Assembly (NCBI GenBank): GCA_010015805.1
Contig: ML978128.1
Location: forward strand, 1,426,001 to 1,490,000
DNA from: Rhizodiscina lignyota
Taxonomy: Eukaryota
Reading direction: 5' to 3'
Length of the DNA stretch: 64,000 bases
Shown: piece by piece, positions 50,507 through 63,798 of the stretch
Layout of the letters: each line of letters opens with the position of its first letter
How positions within the stretch are numbered: position 1 is the first letter of the stretch
Made by a program: the position numbers and the translations under genes
The notes under the pieces: model-generated
What the model was told of the DNA's origin: nothing
Seen by the model: only the letters and a program-made list of their open reading frames with translations
Database searches by the model: none

Positions 50507-51579
50507 CTACTCGTTCGCGTACTTTAAGCCGAAATTACCACCTGTCACCTTTCCCAAGTCCACAGCGTACATAGTCCTGCCATCCGCAACTTGCGAGTTC
50601 GCGTGGAAAACGAGCTGTGTCCCATCTCCGGTAACATCTGCACCGCCCGGGCTTGCCAGAGTGTTATCGCCCGTACTAAGTAGAGGCCCAGTCTTGGTAT
50701 ATGGCCCCGTGATGCTGCTCGCAGTTGCGAAGTTAATGTCGTAATCAGGGCTGTTCCAGCAGTTGCTGCTGAAGAACAGGTAATAGGTTCCGCCGACCTT
50801 CGCTAGACTTGGTGCCTCGACGAGAGGTCCATCGGCTGTAGACCGGTCGAGGATTTGTGTCGCAGAGCCCATCAAAGTGAAGCCATCTGCTGCGACCTTT
50901 TGCAGCATGATGGGGGTAGGGATGATCGGGGTATTGGTGTTGCCACACGAGCCACCATTGCCGATGGAATTGCCGTCGACTTTCCAAAGGAGGTAACGGG
51001 TGCCGTCCTCATCTTTAAAACCCGATGGGTCAATGGCACCACCCTGCTCGAGGGGGCAGGCGAGTGGTTCATCAGATATTGGCGAATACGGGCCTTCAGG
51101 CTTCGATGACAGCGCGTGGCCAACGCAGTGAAGAGTCCTGTTGATCTGTCCCTTTTGGGGAGTATGGAGAGCAGTGTAGTACATCAGATATTGACCGTCA
51201 TCCTATTCAGCTGTCAGTGAGGATCAAGCGACCAATTGTAAATGTGACCACGTACCCTTTTGAATACATCTGGTGCCCACACCTGAGGATCCGGAGTGTG
51301 TACCCAGGGAGGAAGTTTTGGAAGTGCATCGTAACCGTCTTGCACTGACCACTTCGAAAAATCACTGGACTTCGCCATTTGGATATGAACTCCATTGCCA
51401 GATGTTGCGAATGCAAACCAGGACTTGCCATCCTGGAGTATGCTTGGATCGGGGAAATTTGTCTGAAACACCGGGTTGGCAGAGATTCCAGGGGCTGCAG
51501 CGTCCCTCTTCATAGGCAACGCGGATGCCAGGCCAATGAGGGCGGCCAATGCGGTCGGAAGGGAGAATATAGAGCGCAT
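50507..51579 (-). CDS. Secreted glycoside hydrolase family 43
   Basis: Signal peptide, NFPDPSI, VWAPDV, GGAIDPSGF, LVEAP, SPGG; one intron near 51204-51254. Confidence 0.92.
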
Positions 51580-53315
51580 CGTTACAGAGCAAATAATATG
51601 TACAAGTGAAAGTGTGGAGCGAATAATATGTACAGGACCGGAAACTTCAAGCAATGATTGGATGAATGTAAATTAGCGAGAGAATGATAGACTTTGGATT
51701 CAGATGATCATGCTCTTCTTGACGCTGATACTGCAGAGTATTTAATAAACAATCAAGTCGAAACTGTGCCGTCGGACTTCGGTGAATGCTGTGAACCAAA
51801 TTATTTTGCACAGCAAGCAAGCGAGCCTCTGCAAGGCGCGTTTGAGGAGCTTGGGGTGGAGGAGTTGCCGCAGCAAAGCCACAGCAAAGCGGAGGATTGA
51901 CTGTGGTTCACACAGCCCAACGTGCGGTAATCTGGTAGACGATATCGCGAATGAAGATTACTAGCGCAGATTGATGATAATGGTGGAATTTGAGAAAGAC
52001 GTGAGACCGGAAATTCGAAATATCCAAGCTATTTACCTTTCAATTGAATGTTCCTGCCTCAATGTCTACCAGGTGGTGATGCTGTAAACAACGTGTGGCG
52101 GAAAGCAAGGATTCCACGCTGGGAAGAGATCTTCACCAGGTATCGTCCGGCCTACTTCTGAGCCACCGTTTCTTGCGACATCCAATGAAGACTCGAGAGG
52201 CGAGAGCGAATCTTGAAACTTTGAAACCATCCAAGAAAGCAGCGGTAGCTTGGCCTTCGAAATTCACCCTATTGTGGGTGGCGTGGGGCTTCGCCGGACT
52301 GATTGCTGGAAAGCGAGTAAGTCAGAAGGCTACGCATTCCAGTTTCTCGCATGCCTCTCCTGCACGACACTAAGGTCTCTAAAGACAGACCCAAATAAAG
52401 AAGTCCGGGGCCGCAGACAGTGGTTGTCGGAGTCCGATGAGCGGACATATTGAAAGCAATGCTCTCGAAGGAACGGAGGATGGTTTCTGTGGGGGCTGCG
52501 CAATCGCACCGCCTTACCGCCTTGTACACTGAAACAACATGTTCCCAGGAATAAAACAAGGTGTGGCTGAAATTGCTATTCAGAGCGCTGTTTCGATTAC
52601 GCTAAGGCAGGGTCGAGTTAGTGCGTTCGACTGTCGTCTATCATTTTGTTTCGAGTCTCCAAGATTGATGGCGAAGAAGAACCTGCTCAGTGCCAATCCA
52701 TTCACATCGTTCGGAAACCGACAATGCCGATGCATACACGGTGAAGACTGGAGGGTAGTGGGGCCTTTGAGCTCAGTGACTGGCAGTGCGCATTCGAATA
52801 CATATGGCGAAGTGGGTTAAAGCATGTGCGGGGCTCAGGTTGAGGAAAGTGAAGAAACTGAGAGTCGGAAGTAATGTTCAGCCGCATACCTAAGACGGGG
52901 ACGGGAGGCTGCATGGCGTACGCGTGGAGCCCAACGCCGGATCGCTTCGGGGGTCACGCACCGAGAGGCTGGAAGGCCAGGCACCGCGACCTAGGTGCTT
53001 GCGGCCCTGGATTTTTGGAACAGGGCGCTAAAGTCGCTGCTTCCCTTCCTGCCAAGACTCGAGAGACCTTATCGCAATGACTTTTCCGCACTGATATCAA
53101 CTCCGCGACCTCGAGACTTAGCTCTGCCAGCGTGTGGTGGAGTTATCTGGAAACGCCAATGAATTCACGAATAACTTGATATATTGGTCTGTCCGCAGCC
53201 TCTCATACCTCTGCGCGGCGCTTGCAAAGCGATCATGTTGACGCTAGTCGACCCAACACCATCACCACCGCGATTATTTCAAAGGGGTTCAGAATCACAA
53301 CAATAGCCATACACG

Positions 53316-56300
53316 ATGGACACCGCGTTGCAAAACCATGGCTTTGGATACGTCGACGAGTCTCCAGAGAGTTCAAACGTCCCAGTCGGCGTAGATGAGG
53401 CCGAGATGATGCTCTCCGGTGAGGCTATTTCAGCAAGAAGTGGCGCGAACGACGCTGCCAGCGACACCGTCGACTTGGGCTCTCAGCCTCCAACACTAAG
53501 AGAGAAGCCAGGGCTTCCAGCTCGCCCTGGTGTGCGACGAGACAGTACAGTTCCAGCGCCCCATCAGCCTCCCCCGCCTGCCCCTCCTCAACCGTTGCAA
53601 GATGCTGGGCCAGAGGATTCGCTCTCCCTCATGCAGCTTAAGAAGCTGGTCCATGAGATGCCGAAAGTTGAACCTACACCTTACGCATTTGTATACAAAG
53701 ATGCGTCCATAATTCCAGAAGAGTTGGAAGAATGGTTCTCATACAACGCGGAGGAGCGCGCAATGGTATTGAAAACAAGGGCGACATTCTCAGATGAATG
53801 GGCGAATTTCAATGGAGCTGGCGACCTTGGGGTATTACCCTATCTTGGAGGTGATCTGGACTGGACAAAGGCATCTACGGAGAAGAGGAAGACATTCATG
53901 AAGAAGGTCCTTGGGGGGTTGGAATCAGAGAATATTGCAACCCGTGCCAAAAATCTAGAGTGCTTGACTTATATGATTTTCGGCTGCTGGCACGAGACAG
54001 CAAGCGTCCAAAGGCCCCAGGAAGAGACTGGATGCACCATCATAAGCGAAGATAAGGCCTTGTCGGATTGGATGTCGTCACACCAAAATTCGCTTTTCCA
54101 TCTCTCGGAAATATGCGGGAATGTCGCTCTTTTGGTTGATCTCAAGGGCCTTAAGACCCTGTGGGGAGCTGTCCAACGAGCTTGTGTACGAGAGGCATCG
54201 ATTCAGGCAGCATCTGAGGAGCGCAGTCCCAGCATCAAAGACTTGGAAAGGTCCGAGCTATGGTGCTCATTGACGATCATGTATTTCACTTTGGAAGTCA
54301 CGAGGACTAGGCCGGGCCTCGATTCACAGCTCAAAGGACGCGCGCAGCTACTGCAGCTGCAGCCGGACGTGTTAATCTTTCTCTCTGAGATCATGGACAA
54401 GATACGATGGGACGATACGATTAATCTGCCTCTTACGAAACTGTTGCTGCTTTACTGGAAAACAATTCTCGTCGCGTTTGGAAGTTCATCTGAAGTGAAT
54501 GATGCGAAATCATCGTTCAACGAAGAAGAATTAGAAACCTCCGATTCAAAGGGCTACCCTATTATCACCGCCTCACCTCTTGACTATCACCTCTTTCGAC
54601 AAGAAATAAGTTCGAAATACCCAGCGTACAACCCACCACCACCGCTCTTTCCCCTCGAGCCAGACAACAATTCAATATTACCTCCGCTCAAACCAAGCCT
54701 TGCAAAAATGAGCGACATCAATGCTCCAGGTCTCGCAAGTTTGCAAGGTCACGGCACATCGATCCTAAATCAACCGGTCCACATTGCTACTCCCGCGCCA
54801 TCACCGCCGCCCTCACCGGCGGGAGGAGGCAAGGGCGGAAAGAAGCAGAACTATCAGACCAACCAACTGTTTCCGTTTTTGTATCCACCGTTGGATGAGA
54901 CGAGTAATCAGCTTGGCGGCAAAGGGAGCACCGGGCTCCAGGATGCTCTTGTTGGACGTAAATGGGAGGGAGCAGACATTCCAGCGTCCATTTTAGAGGC
55001 TGCAGAACTCTTTGCAAAACGAATGCGGGCGACAAGAGCAATGAAGCAGCTCTGGGAAGAAAGAGTTGAATTCATGAAATATGAACGAGGTTGGAAAGGG
55101 TCGGAAGAGGATGTCGACATAGAGGGAATGGATCTAGAGGAAGAGGAAGAGGTCGGCAAGGGAGTTGTCAAGAAACAACAGGATCTAACACCTAGAGAGC
55201 ATGATGGGAGCGTTGAAGATAGATTGGATGCAGTAGAATCCTTTTACGTTCGTTATTCCTCTACTCTGAACCTGAGCACAGCTAACAGCTTATAGAAAAA
55301 TGGCCTGCCGCACTTGCAATCTGTTGTAATGGTGTTCTTGAGGGTCATTCTGTCGAACGTGACAGCGTTGATAACTCAGATGAATGGCCAGAATGGACTG
55401 CAGAGTGGCTTTCAGTTCCAGGAAGGCCAGAATGGAGATTCCAGCAAAGGCGATCTGGCGAACGGGACAAACGGTGCCCACGCGGCACAGCCGTCATCCA
55501 TGGACGAGCTAGACACAAGCCGCTCACATGAGATCACTGCAAAGGCGGTGTCCGGAATACTGATCATGCTGCTGAAGTGGTTCAAAATCTCCCGTACGTC
55601 TTGAAAATACCCACCGCTTGAATTTCTGCTAACAAATTTCTTCAGACATTCTCAAGTTCGAATACCTCACACAACTCCTCGTGGACGCGAACTATATCCC
55701 TATGATCCTAAAGCTCATGCAAAGCCAAGAGTTCGAACGCATCGTCAACTACCGCTGCGATTCTGAAGAACTGAGGTAAGACTTCAGAGATCAATTCCCC
55801 TTCTCGCCTTCACAAGCTAAGACGAGTTGTCCTAACAATGCAAACAGTTTCTTCCACATCTGTCGCGCCAACTCCCGCGCCGGAATCGCCAATCCTTCTC
55901 CAATCGCTCCCGATGACGAGACGTCATACATCCACCAGTCCTCTTCTGAAGACGAAGCCGCTCCACCCCCCATCAAACGGCATCGCTCCCCGCCAAAGAA
56001 CGCTCCACCAGATCCTCCCACCTCCGTTCCTCCATCCGCCCCTCCAACCACTTCAGTCCCTCCACCCCCAACCGCCGCTCCACCAAATCCACCTCCCCCA
56101 GCCCCGCGGCCCGCACCCACCATCCCGCCACAAACACCAGCCCTCCCAGAAGTCGACGAGCTCGGCATCCCAACGACCGCGCTCCCGACCGCACCCATCA
56201 CGACTTTCTCCTGGCGCAACTTCTTCTCCAGCATCACCTTCCTGCGCATCCTGCGCAAGATGTGCGCGCGCCACGCCCACCGCAACCTGCTGCTTGTTAG

Positions 56301-56871
56301 CTACAAGTCGACGCCTCTGCTGCGCCGCGCGCTCAAGGTCCCGCAGCCGGAGTTGCGCCGCTACGCGCTCAAGCTCGTGAAGGCGCAGGTGCCGTTCTGC
56401 GGGCGCAAGTGGCGGCAGGCGAATATGCGCGTCATCACGGCGGTGTGGTTGAGCATTCGGCCCGAGCTGAGGGACGAGTGGCTGGCTGGGGGAGATGTGG
56501 ATGCGCTGGTGGAGGAGAGCGTGCCGAGGGAGCAGGCGGTGAGGGGGTTGGTGCATTGGTGGCATTTGAGGCAGTATTGGGATGTTGTGGGCCCGCCTGG
56601 CGGCTTGGAAGGGCTTGCTGACAGCATCGAAAGTGAAGATGCGGAGGGCGAGGAAGGTGAGGTAGAGGTCAAGTTGAAGGGGAAGGCAAGGAGTAAGGAG
56701 GAGCGGAGGAAATGGCTTGAGGAGGAGAACGATTTCTTCAGACGAGAACTGGAGAGGATGGAGTGGAACTGGGGAACAGGCGAAGAAGGCATTGATGAAG
56801 CTGACCACCAGCAGGCGCAACGCGCGGCTGGCCAGGTCTGGGACGCTGGGATGCAAATGGAAGCATGGTAA
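53316..56871 (+). CDS. FAR11: STRIPAK component Far11/HAM-2/PRO22 (STRIP1/2 family)
   Basis: EELEEWFSY, ITASPLDYHLFRQEISSKYPAY, VHIATPAPSPPPSP, YQTNQLFPF, LKWFKIS|..ILKFEY, FSWRNFFS, GRKWRQANMRVITAVWL..RPELRDEWL; 3 introns. Confidence 0.93.
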
Positions 56872-57260
56872 CCAGTGCAGGAATGGTTCTTTAGTTTTGC
56901 CTCACAAATACCATAGCGATGATTGAATGGCACGGTGAGGTAGAGTTCTGATGTTTATTCAATGGCATTTGAATGAAGTCCTTTACAACTAGCTACTTAG
57001 CAGAAGTTGACTCACTGCATCCTCGTCCCAAGTTGAACGCCACTCACGTGCAGCGAGATGACATCCCCTCCCAAGCCTGGAGATGTTTACTAGCAATCAC
57101 TGCACTTATGGAAAACAGAAGCCCGACATGTGAAACGGTCGGCTAAAATGAAGAAACCCACGCGAATTATCAAGGGGTAAAGAACAAAAAAGTGTGACGA
57201 AGCAAAGGGAATTCGTGCGAAATGCAGATCGTGGGTCGAACAGAAAAGCCGTCCCAGTGC

Positions 57261-58200
57261 TCAACTGTCACCACCACCATCGGCGTTCTCTCGATTGCGA
57301 ATCTCATCCGGAATGATGCCTGCGTTGTTACACGCGGTCTTGTATATTTCGACTTCCTGCCAAGCGCGCTGGCATTCATTCTTGAATTTGTCGCAGCTGG
57401 CCGATAGTTCTGCAATCGCTTGTTCCGTGAGAAGCTTCTCCAGCGTCCACTTCTCGATGTTCTGCGCTTCGTTCTCTTTGAGCTGCGTAATAAACTGAAC
57501 GGCACGCTGGAGGATGGAGCCTTTATTCTTTTCGCAACCCGGAACGATCTTTGCGAGCTCGTTGATGCCTTCATTAATAGTTTCGCGGCGGCGACGCTCC
57601 ACTTTACTAATATGTTAGATCAAATGTGGTCTTTCAAAGATTCCGTGGGATCATGTACTAACCTTCTTTGTGATTATCTCTTCGCACTCGGTGCCATTCG
57701 TCCGAACCGACGGCGGGCTTGTGCGTAGGGCTGCCTTGTGTAGCAGATCCAGCACTGCCTTGTGCGGGGGAATCTTTCAGCGCATCCAAGCCGAATTGAT
57801 GACTGCCACCCAGGTCGAAGGAACTGTTGTGGTCACCAGCTGTTGGCTGGTTCTGGAACTGCATCTCCGTCGGCTGTGGCACGGTCATCCCGTTATAGGC
57901 CGTGAGCGCGGCAGCGGCGGTGTCGCTAGCATCACGAACGACATTGGATCCATTCGACTGAGTGCTGTGATCACCGCCATGCTGCGCGAGGGCGTTGAAG
58001 TCGGCTTCTGTCAGGTGCATGCCCTCCTCTGGATTGCTTGGGAAATCCATATCGTTGTTATTGGTATTCCCTGGGCTGCGACTGAAACCTGGAGCAGGTC
58101 TGACAGGAGCAGTATCGAGCGAGGTTCGCTTGCGCTTATTGTTGGTGGATGGCATAGTATTGTCTTCTTTTGCAGGGGTGTCAAAAGCAGCTTCCGCCAT
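57261..58200 (-). CDS. CBF1: bHLH-zip transcription factor Cbf1
   Basis: KPAVGSDEWHRVRRDNHKE|VERRRRETINEGINELAKIVPGCEKNKGSILQRA..NIEKWTLEKLLTEQAI. Confidence 0.93.
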
Positions 58201-59881
58201 TGTGTTAAAAGCTCACTTCAGAGTGCTTAGTGTTGGTGTCGCGAGAGTGAATCGAAAGGGACTAGAGTTGCGCAGCAGGACTAGTCTAACGTCGTGTAGG
58301 TGTCGCGTTCGCGTCCTCGGGTGTATTCACGAAGTCGACGCGTGTTGGAGATTGGCATCAGCACTTGCCGGTCGTGTTCGACGAGGTTGTGTAGTCTACA
58401 CATCATATATTGTTAGTAACCCTTCAAGAATCTTCTCCTGTCGCAAGTCGAGTGCATGAGAAGCAAAGGTGGAAGCGTTTGCGCTCAAGGCATTGGCCCA
58501 CTGGATGAGCAGAGCACGTCTTCGGTGGTCTTGAATCGCGCCATGGGCTTTCATGTAGCTGCTGAGGAGCGAGCAAGCTCATGCGATCCACGAGCGAAAG
58601 TCATAATGCGACGCGACAGCCCGACAAAGCTGTATAGCTCTGTCCACTGAGCGTCGACATTGAGCTTCTAGTCATGACGATGATGCCGATAACAAGACGC
58701 GCTCGGTGCTCAGGCAACGTGGACGCATGCTCCCGAGGACGTTGTAGCTTTGCTAGATGCGCGCAGCATATTGCGCCGCCGCCCCTTGACATGGAAGGGG
58801 ATGGGATCGATGGTGGAAGGAAGATACTAACCTCAAAGCACGTGCAGGCCAGAGTCCGGACCTCCACTTGAAGCAGTGCACGCGGATGTCCCTCGAAACT
58901 CGAAAGATAAACGCGCAACGCGGGCCAAATTTTCGACAGAACTCCGGCGGGGAAAGAGGGACGCGCGGCGCGGCAGGAAAACTGGAAAACGCGATGTTTG
59001 GAGCGATAATAGCAGCGCAGTCGCGATATCAGGATGATGGTTGACGAAGAGTACTTCACGTGAGGGTGCGCTCAGCTGACCGCGAGGGTTCCAAGGCTTT
59101 AAGTGAAAAGTGAGAAGGGCTGCTCCGCTTACGCGATCCGTTGCCGAGCCTGCCCCAGAGCCTCCATTCATTACACTGCATTATGCTGCTATGGCCACCT
59201 AGTCTGCCGACAAAAGCCTCCTATCGAAATAATACACCCGTTTCCTTCGGCCGAATTCGCTCACGGAACGCCCCGTGACCTTCTGTCAGGCTTCCGGTGC
59301 ACCCTTCACCTCGAAAGGGCAGCACATCTCAGCTCGCAGTTCCCCTTCTGCTATACGCTGAAACATTTCAGAATCCATCTTCGATCGTCGCTGCTACACA
59401 CACAGCCAGGGCCGGAAGGCACATGACCTGCAGCCTTTATCCACTAATGAGCGTCCAAGAAAGACACCACACCATTGTCCTCAGCCGGGAGTAACCCCAC
59501 GTCTGCCTTCGGCCCTGTAGAACCCCACGACCAGAACATGTGAATCTCTCTGCTTTCGGCAATAGCCGGGGTAGATCCCGGAGAGTGCTCCTCGTCCACG
59601 AGCTGTGGGCAAGCCAGGCTGCAGTGCGAGGATGGGCTGAAGCTGCCTTTGGCCATCTATTTCCGACGTGCTGGCAATCGGGCATAGCCTTCTGTGCCGA
59701 GCTATTCTGCGTTTATCAGAGTAAAGATCCACTATCGGAATGGGAAAGAGTAGGCATGATGCTCTTGATTCAACAACCAGTCTAAATTCTAGGGGTATCC
59801 CAAGACCGAACAAAATCCAAGAAAGTAATATATACAGAGAAGTCAAACCTGGAAGATGCACTGCAGTTGTACAGCCGTCAT

Positions 59882-61376
59882 TCAATGCACTCCGTCACAA
59901 GCATGCTGGAAATCCCCGTCCAGCTTCGGAAACCATCCCTCCTCCACGCCCTGCATGAAACTCCACGTTCCTTGGCCCTTTGCACTCCACACGAAGTAGC
60001 CACTCCCAGCTGCCTCAAAGGCACTCAACTGCGCTTCGACAAACTTCCTAACTGCAGACTTGGTGCTGTTGCTCCACTGGCTCGTCGGAGTATCGACAAT
60101 GCACTGGCATCCTGGGACTTTGCAATCGTTTTGGGTGCTCGTGCCGTTGATGCTGCTGCCATCTGGGTTGATACAGGCGTTTGTAGTGGCCGTCCACTCT
60201 CCTGCGTAGATTGGGAGGCCAGCTTGTTGAGAGGGAAGCAGGGCAGTGGTTTGCCAGTCGCAGGCCTTGGAGATGTGACCGTCTTGGTCTAGATAGCTGT
60301 CTGTGGCCACAAAGACTTGGTAGAGATGGGTGTCGAGCGCGAAGCCGTAGAAGTCTGTACTGTTGCCACTGCTGCCGTATCCACTTGGCGAGTTGCCGGT
60401 ACTGGATTGCGCGTTCAGCTGCTTGCTGTCTCCGAACCAACTGCTCGCCGGCTCGAAACTATCATGCGTGATGATTTGAAGATCCTTGTTCGCGGCCGCG
60501 CCACGAACAGCGTTGTACGCCTGCACCGCCCATGATATTGTCTTGCTGACGTCGTTGTTCCCATAGTTGATGGGCTCGTTGACGAGCTCGATTCCCGCAA
60601 CAACGTCTGCGTACTTCTCGGCACCGTATTTGGTTGCTATTGTAGTAAGAACGCTGATGCTGCGGTCCATGTTGTTCCCTTGCTGCCAGTCGACGTCGCC
60701 CTCACGACCAGAGTTATCGAAGCCATTCTGGCTGCCCGGGTGGCCGTGCAGATCGATCCAGACGAGCATATCGGCGTCGCGAGCCCACTCAAGAGCCTTG
60801 TCAAGGTATTGTTCGGCTCCCTGGATGTATGGTGTGTCTGCATTGTCCCAAGTCCAGAAGCCGCATGGGATGCGTAGCCTGTACCGTGTTAGAAACATTA
60901 TGAGTACATTGAAGCTGAAGGACTCACGCATTCACGCCATACGACTTGAGTGTCTTAATATCTGCCTCGGTGAAATAGGTCGACCAGTGCTGTTGGAGTT
61001 TGTCTTTCGCTTGTGGCGTTTGGTCAAAGGTGTATTGATCTACAGCATTTGTGCCATCGAACACATCCGGTACCATCCACTTCTCGAGAATGAGCCAGGC
61101 ACCAAGGTTTACTCCCCTAAGGAACTGCGAGTTGGGGTTGACGATGCCTTTCATCCATGCAGGCTTGGTCGTATTGTCGTATGGACTGCTGCTGCTGGAC
61201 GCTGGGAGACCAGTAGAAGAAGGCATTGCAGTGCCCGTACCATATGTCGATATTGTGTGTGTGAGCGTAGGTACCGCACCAGTGCCAGTCGTTGCTTGTG
61301 GCGCTGGCAAGGCTGTTGTGCAGGAGACGAGCAGGCTTGCACCGACCAGCAGCACATTGGACCATTGGACTCTCAT
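59882..61376 (-). CDS. Secreted GH5 exo-beta-1,3-glucanase-like enzyme
   Basis: Signal peptide, LRGVNLGAWLILEKWMVP, IDLHGHPGSQNGFDNSG, ELVNEP acid/base, DTHLY, AGEWT nucleophile; one intron. Confidence 0.93.
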
Positions 61377-63287
61377 TTTTCTTGTTTTGGAAGGTTGTTC
61401 AAAGTATCAAAAGATTTCCGAACAGTGGATGCGTCGTAGGCCTAAGATCGTACCCAGGTGTTATCAAGAAAGGAATGAATGGTGTCCGCCAGCGTACGAA
61501 TGAATGACTTCAGTGAGAATGTAATGAATGGACGTCAAGTCCGCGGACAGTGAGTATAGCACGGTGACGAAAGAGAGGAGAAAAGAGACAAAGATTGAAA
61601 CGAAACAGCAAGCGCCGATGCGAAATCTATGGGTATCTCAGGGGAAATAGGAGAATAATCGTGAAACAGCGTCAGATCCTTTTATTCGTGTGGAAAAACG
61701 GGAGATGGTTTGCGCTTAACATGCATACAAATGACTTTCCTGTTCATATCCGCAAGGCCATCACAGCGGAGATTAAAGCATAGAAGAGGAATCTGGTCGA
61801 AACAGCCGTGGAGGCTTGCTGCTGGAGTACCCACAGTGAACCGCATAGGAAAAAGCTAAGAAAGGAATCCACTGCCTCGCAGGAGCCATGTTCGCTGAAT
61901 CCAATGAGGCTTCTGTCTCTCCGCGGCTGCTCGTTTGCCTCTGTCTTTGATGCAGTGGAGGCGGTGTTCGCTCAAAAGTTGCCGCTGGCTTGCGCTGCGC
62001 GGATGTTCGACCTTCAGCCGCGAGGCGTGGGAGATAAATTTAGCCCCATGTTTCGAAACATGTTCACGAAACAGCCAAACAACGGCGGCAAACCTCACAG
62101 GGAATAAGTCCGAAATGATTGATGACGGGGTATCGAGCTCCTCCATGGAGTAGTCGTTAACTTCCTGTTCCTATCGAAAGAGAAAAGAGAGTTTGCACCG
62201 TGCGCCTCCTTTCAAATGCCGGCACGTCGGCGCAAATCTTGTCAATGCAGATCTGCGGCTCCTCAAAGCTTGAACGCACGTCCTGAGGCTCGACCGTTCT
62301 CTTGAGGCTCTGCTTAGCTGCTACTTGGTCTTTTATCCTGTTTCAATAAGTCGGTGAGTTGTTGGAGAAGTCCGAGAGTGGAGGCTGCGGCCGCTGAGGC
62401 CGCGATCAATCGCTCACTGATCCAGCAACTTGCGTGACAAGACGTTTATTTCTCAATCATCATGGGCTCTCCCAGATTTCAGCAAAAAATCATTCAGCGT
62501 TGTTATTGTACTCAGACCTACAATCCGTTTTGTAGCCCTCAGCACTGGTTTTCCTATTCGAGGATTGGAGCAGTCCTCACCGGTGACATGCTGAGAAAGG
62601 CCTTGTTATATTTCAAATTCTCACAATCATTTTCGCAGATACAGGTATAACGAAAGTTGGGATTTAACAAATTTACCATTGATCGGCGTGGTTTATCAAC
62701 AAATCCTCGACTCTTTTCAATTTCACCAGTTTAGTACACTCCGAAGAACATTGAACTAAGCTTTCAGAGATAGTTTCGTCTACTTTAACTCGTCCTGAGA
62801 CCAGCTGGGAGAAACACCTTCTTCTTTCGCTGCTATCCCACTCTCGGTGATGGATACAGTTAGCAACTATTCTCTCAAGGCCAACCGCCATCGTCCCTGA
62901 CACCGACCTCCCGGCTGAGCAATCACGACTTTTACGATGTCGATGCTCGACCCTCGAGCGCAACAATAGCAATGAAGCAGAAGGACGCGCTAGGAATTCC
63001 GCGAGCGACCGAGTATAGTCACTAGTCACGGCGAGTGAAGCAGCAACAGCTCAAATTTTAAGTCTGGCTCTGCCCCAATTGTCATTTGTAAAGGGCGTGT
63101 AGGAGTCGTTGCTCGTGACTTTGCATCCGAAACACCTATATCCAGCGCTGTACAGTGCTCTAATGGCGCTGCCAGGGCCTCTGTAGTCATGACAGTCAGT
63201 CCGATCTAACCACCATGCTCGGTGAAAGTGCTCGGCTAATGGTGAATCGATGCCAAGAAGTTCGGACGCCTTGCCAGTAAAAGGCCA

Positions 63288-63393
63288 CTTGAACACTACT
63301 TGAACACCCTCTTAAACACACCCTCTTAAACACGCCCCCTTAAACATCTCTTGAACATACTCTTTAAACACTACTTGAACACTCCTTGAACAC
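63288..63393. repeat. Degenerate minisatellite of about 8 TT(G/A)AACA-cored units
   Basis: cttgaacacta cttgaacaccct cttaaacacaccct cttaaacacgcccc cttaaacatct cttgaacatact ctttaaacacta cttgaacactc cttgaacac. Confidence 0.75.
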
Positions 63394-63798
63394 CAAGCCG
63401 TTGATGCCTAATACACAATGGCACTGCCTGCGGAGGCAGCAAATACGGAGACATAGTTAAATTCGAATGGTGTGTAGTTAGAGCCAAGTTCAGGAAATAT
63501 GTTCATAACATGTTAAGCGGAAGGCTGGGAAACTTGCAGAATAAGGATCGCTGGTGCATATCAACGATCTTCATGGCGAGTCGTTGAGTCAATAGCATGT
63601 ATAGTTATTATTGCATTCTGTATCGCCCATGGGTCCCAGTACGTGCGGAGCGGAAAAGTGATCAACACCTCTGTGAAGACAGATTGCCGTCAGTGGTCGG
63701 CATGTCTGGGTCTAATGCCATAAAACCAAGAGAAGAGTGGAGAAGTCCAATCCATGCATCTGTCATGAAGGCTATGAAGAGATGATGTCCAGCCCCAC

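Noticed and set aside
55838..56856. Overlapping ORFs 55838-56380 (+) and 56053-56856 (-)
   Set aside because: Off-frame or antisense products of the GC-rich last FAR11 exon.
60567..61439. 290-aa + strand ORF
   Set aside because: Antisense shadow of the GH5 gene with no recognisable motifs.
63288..63393. CRISPR-like array
   Set aside because: Eukaryotic context, units only 11-14 nt and degenerate, no unique spacers or cas genes.
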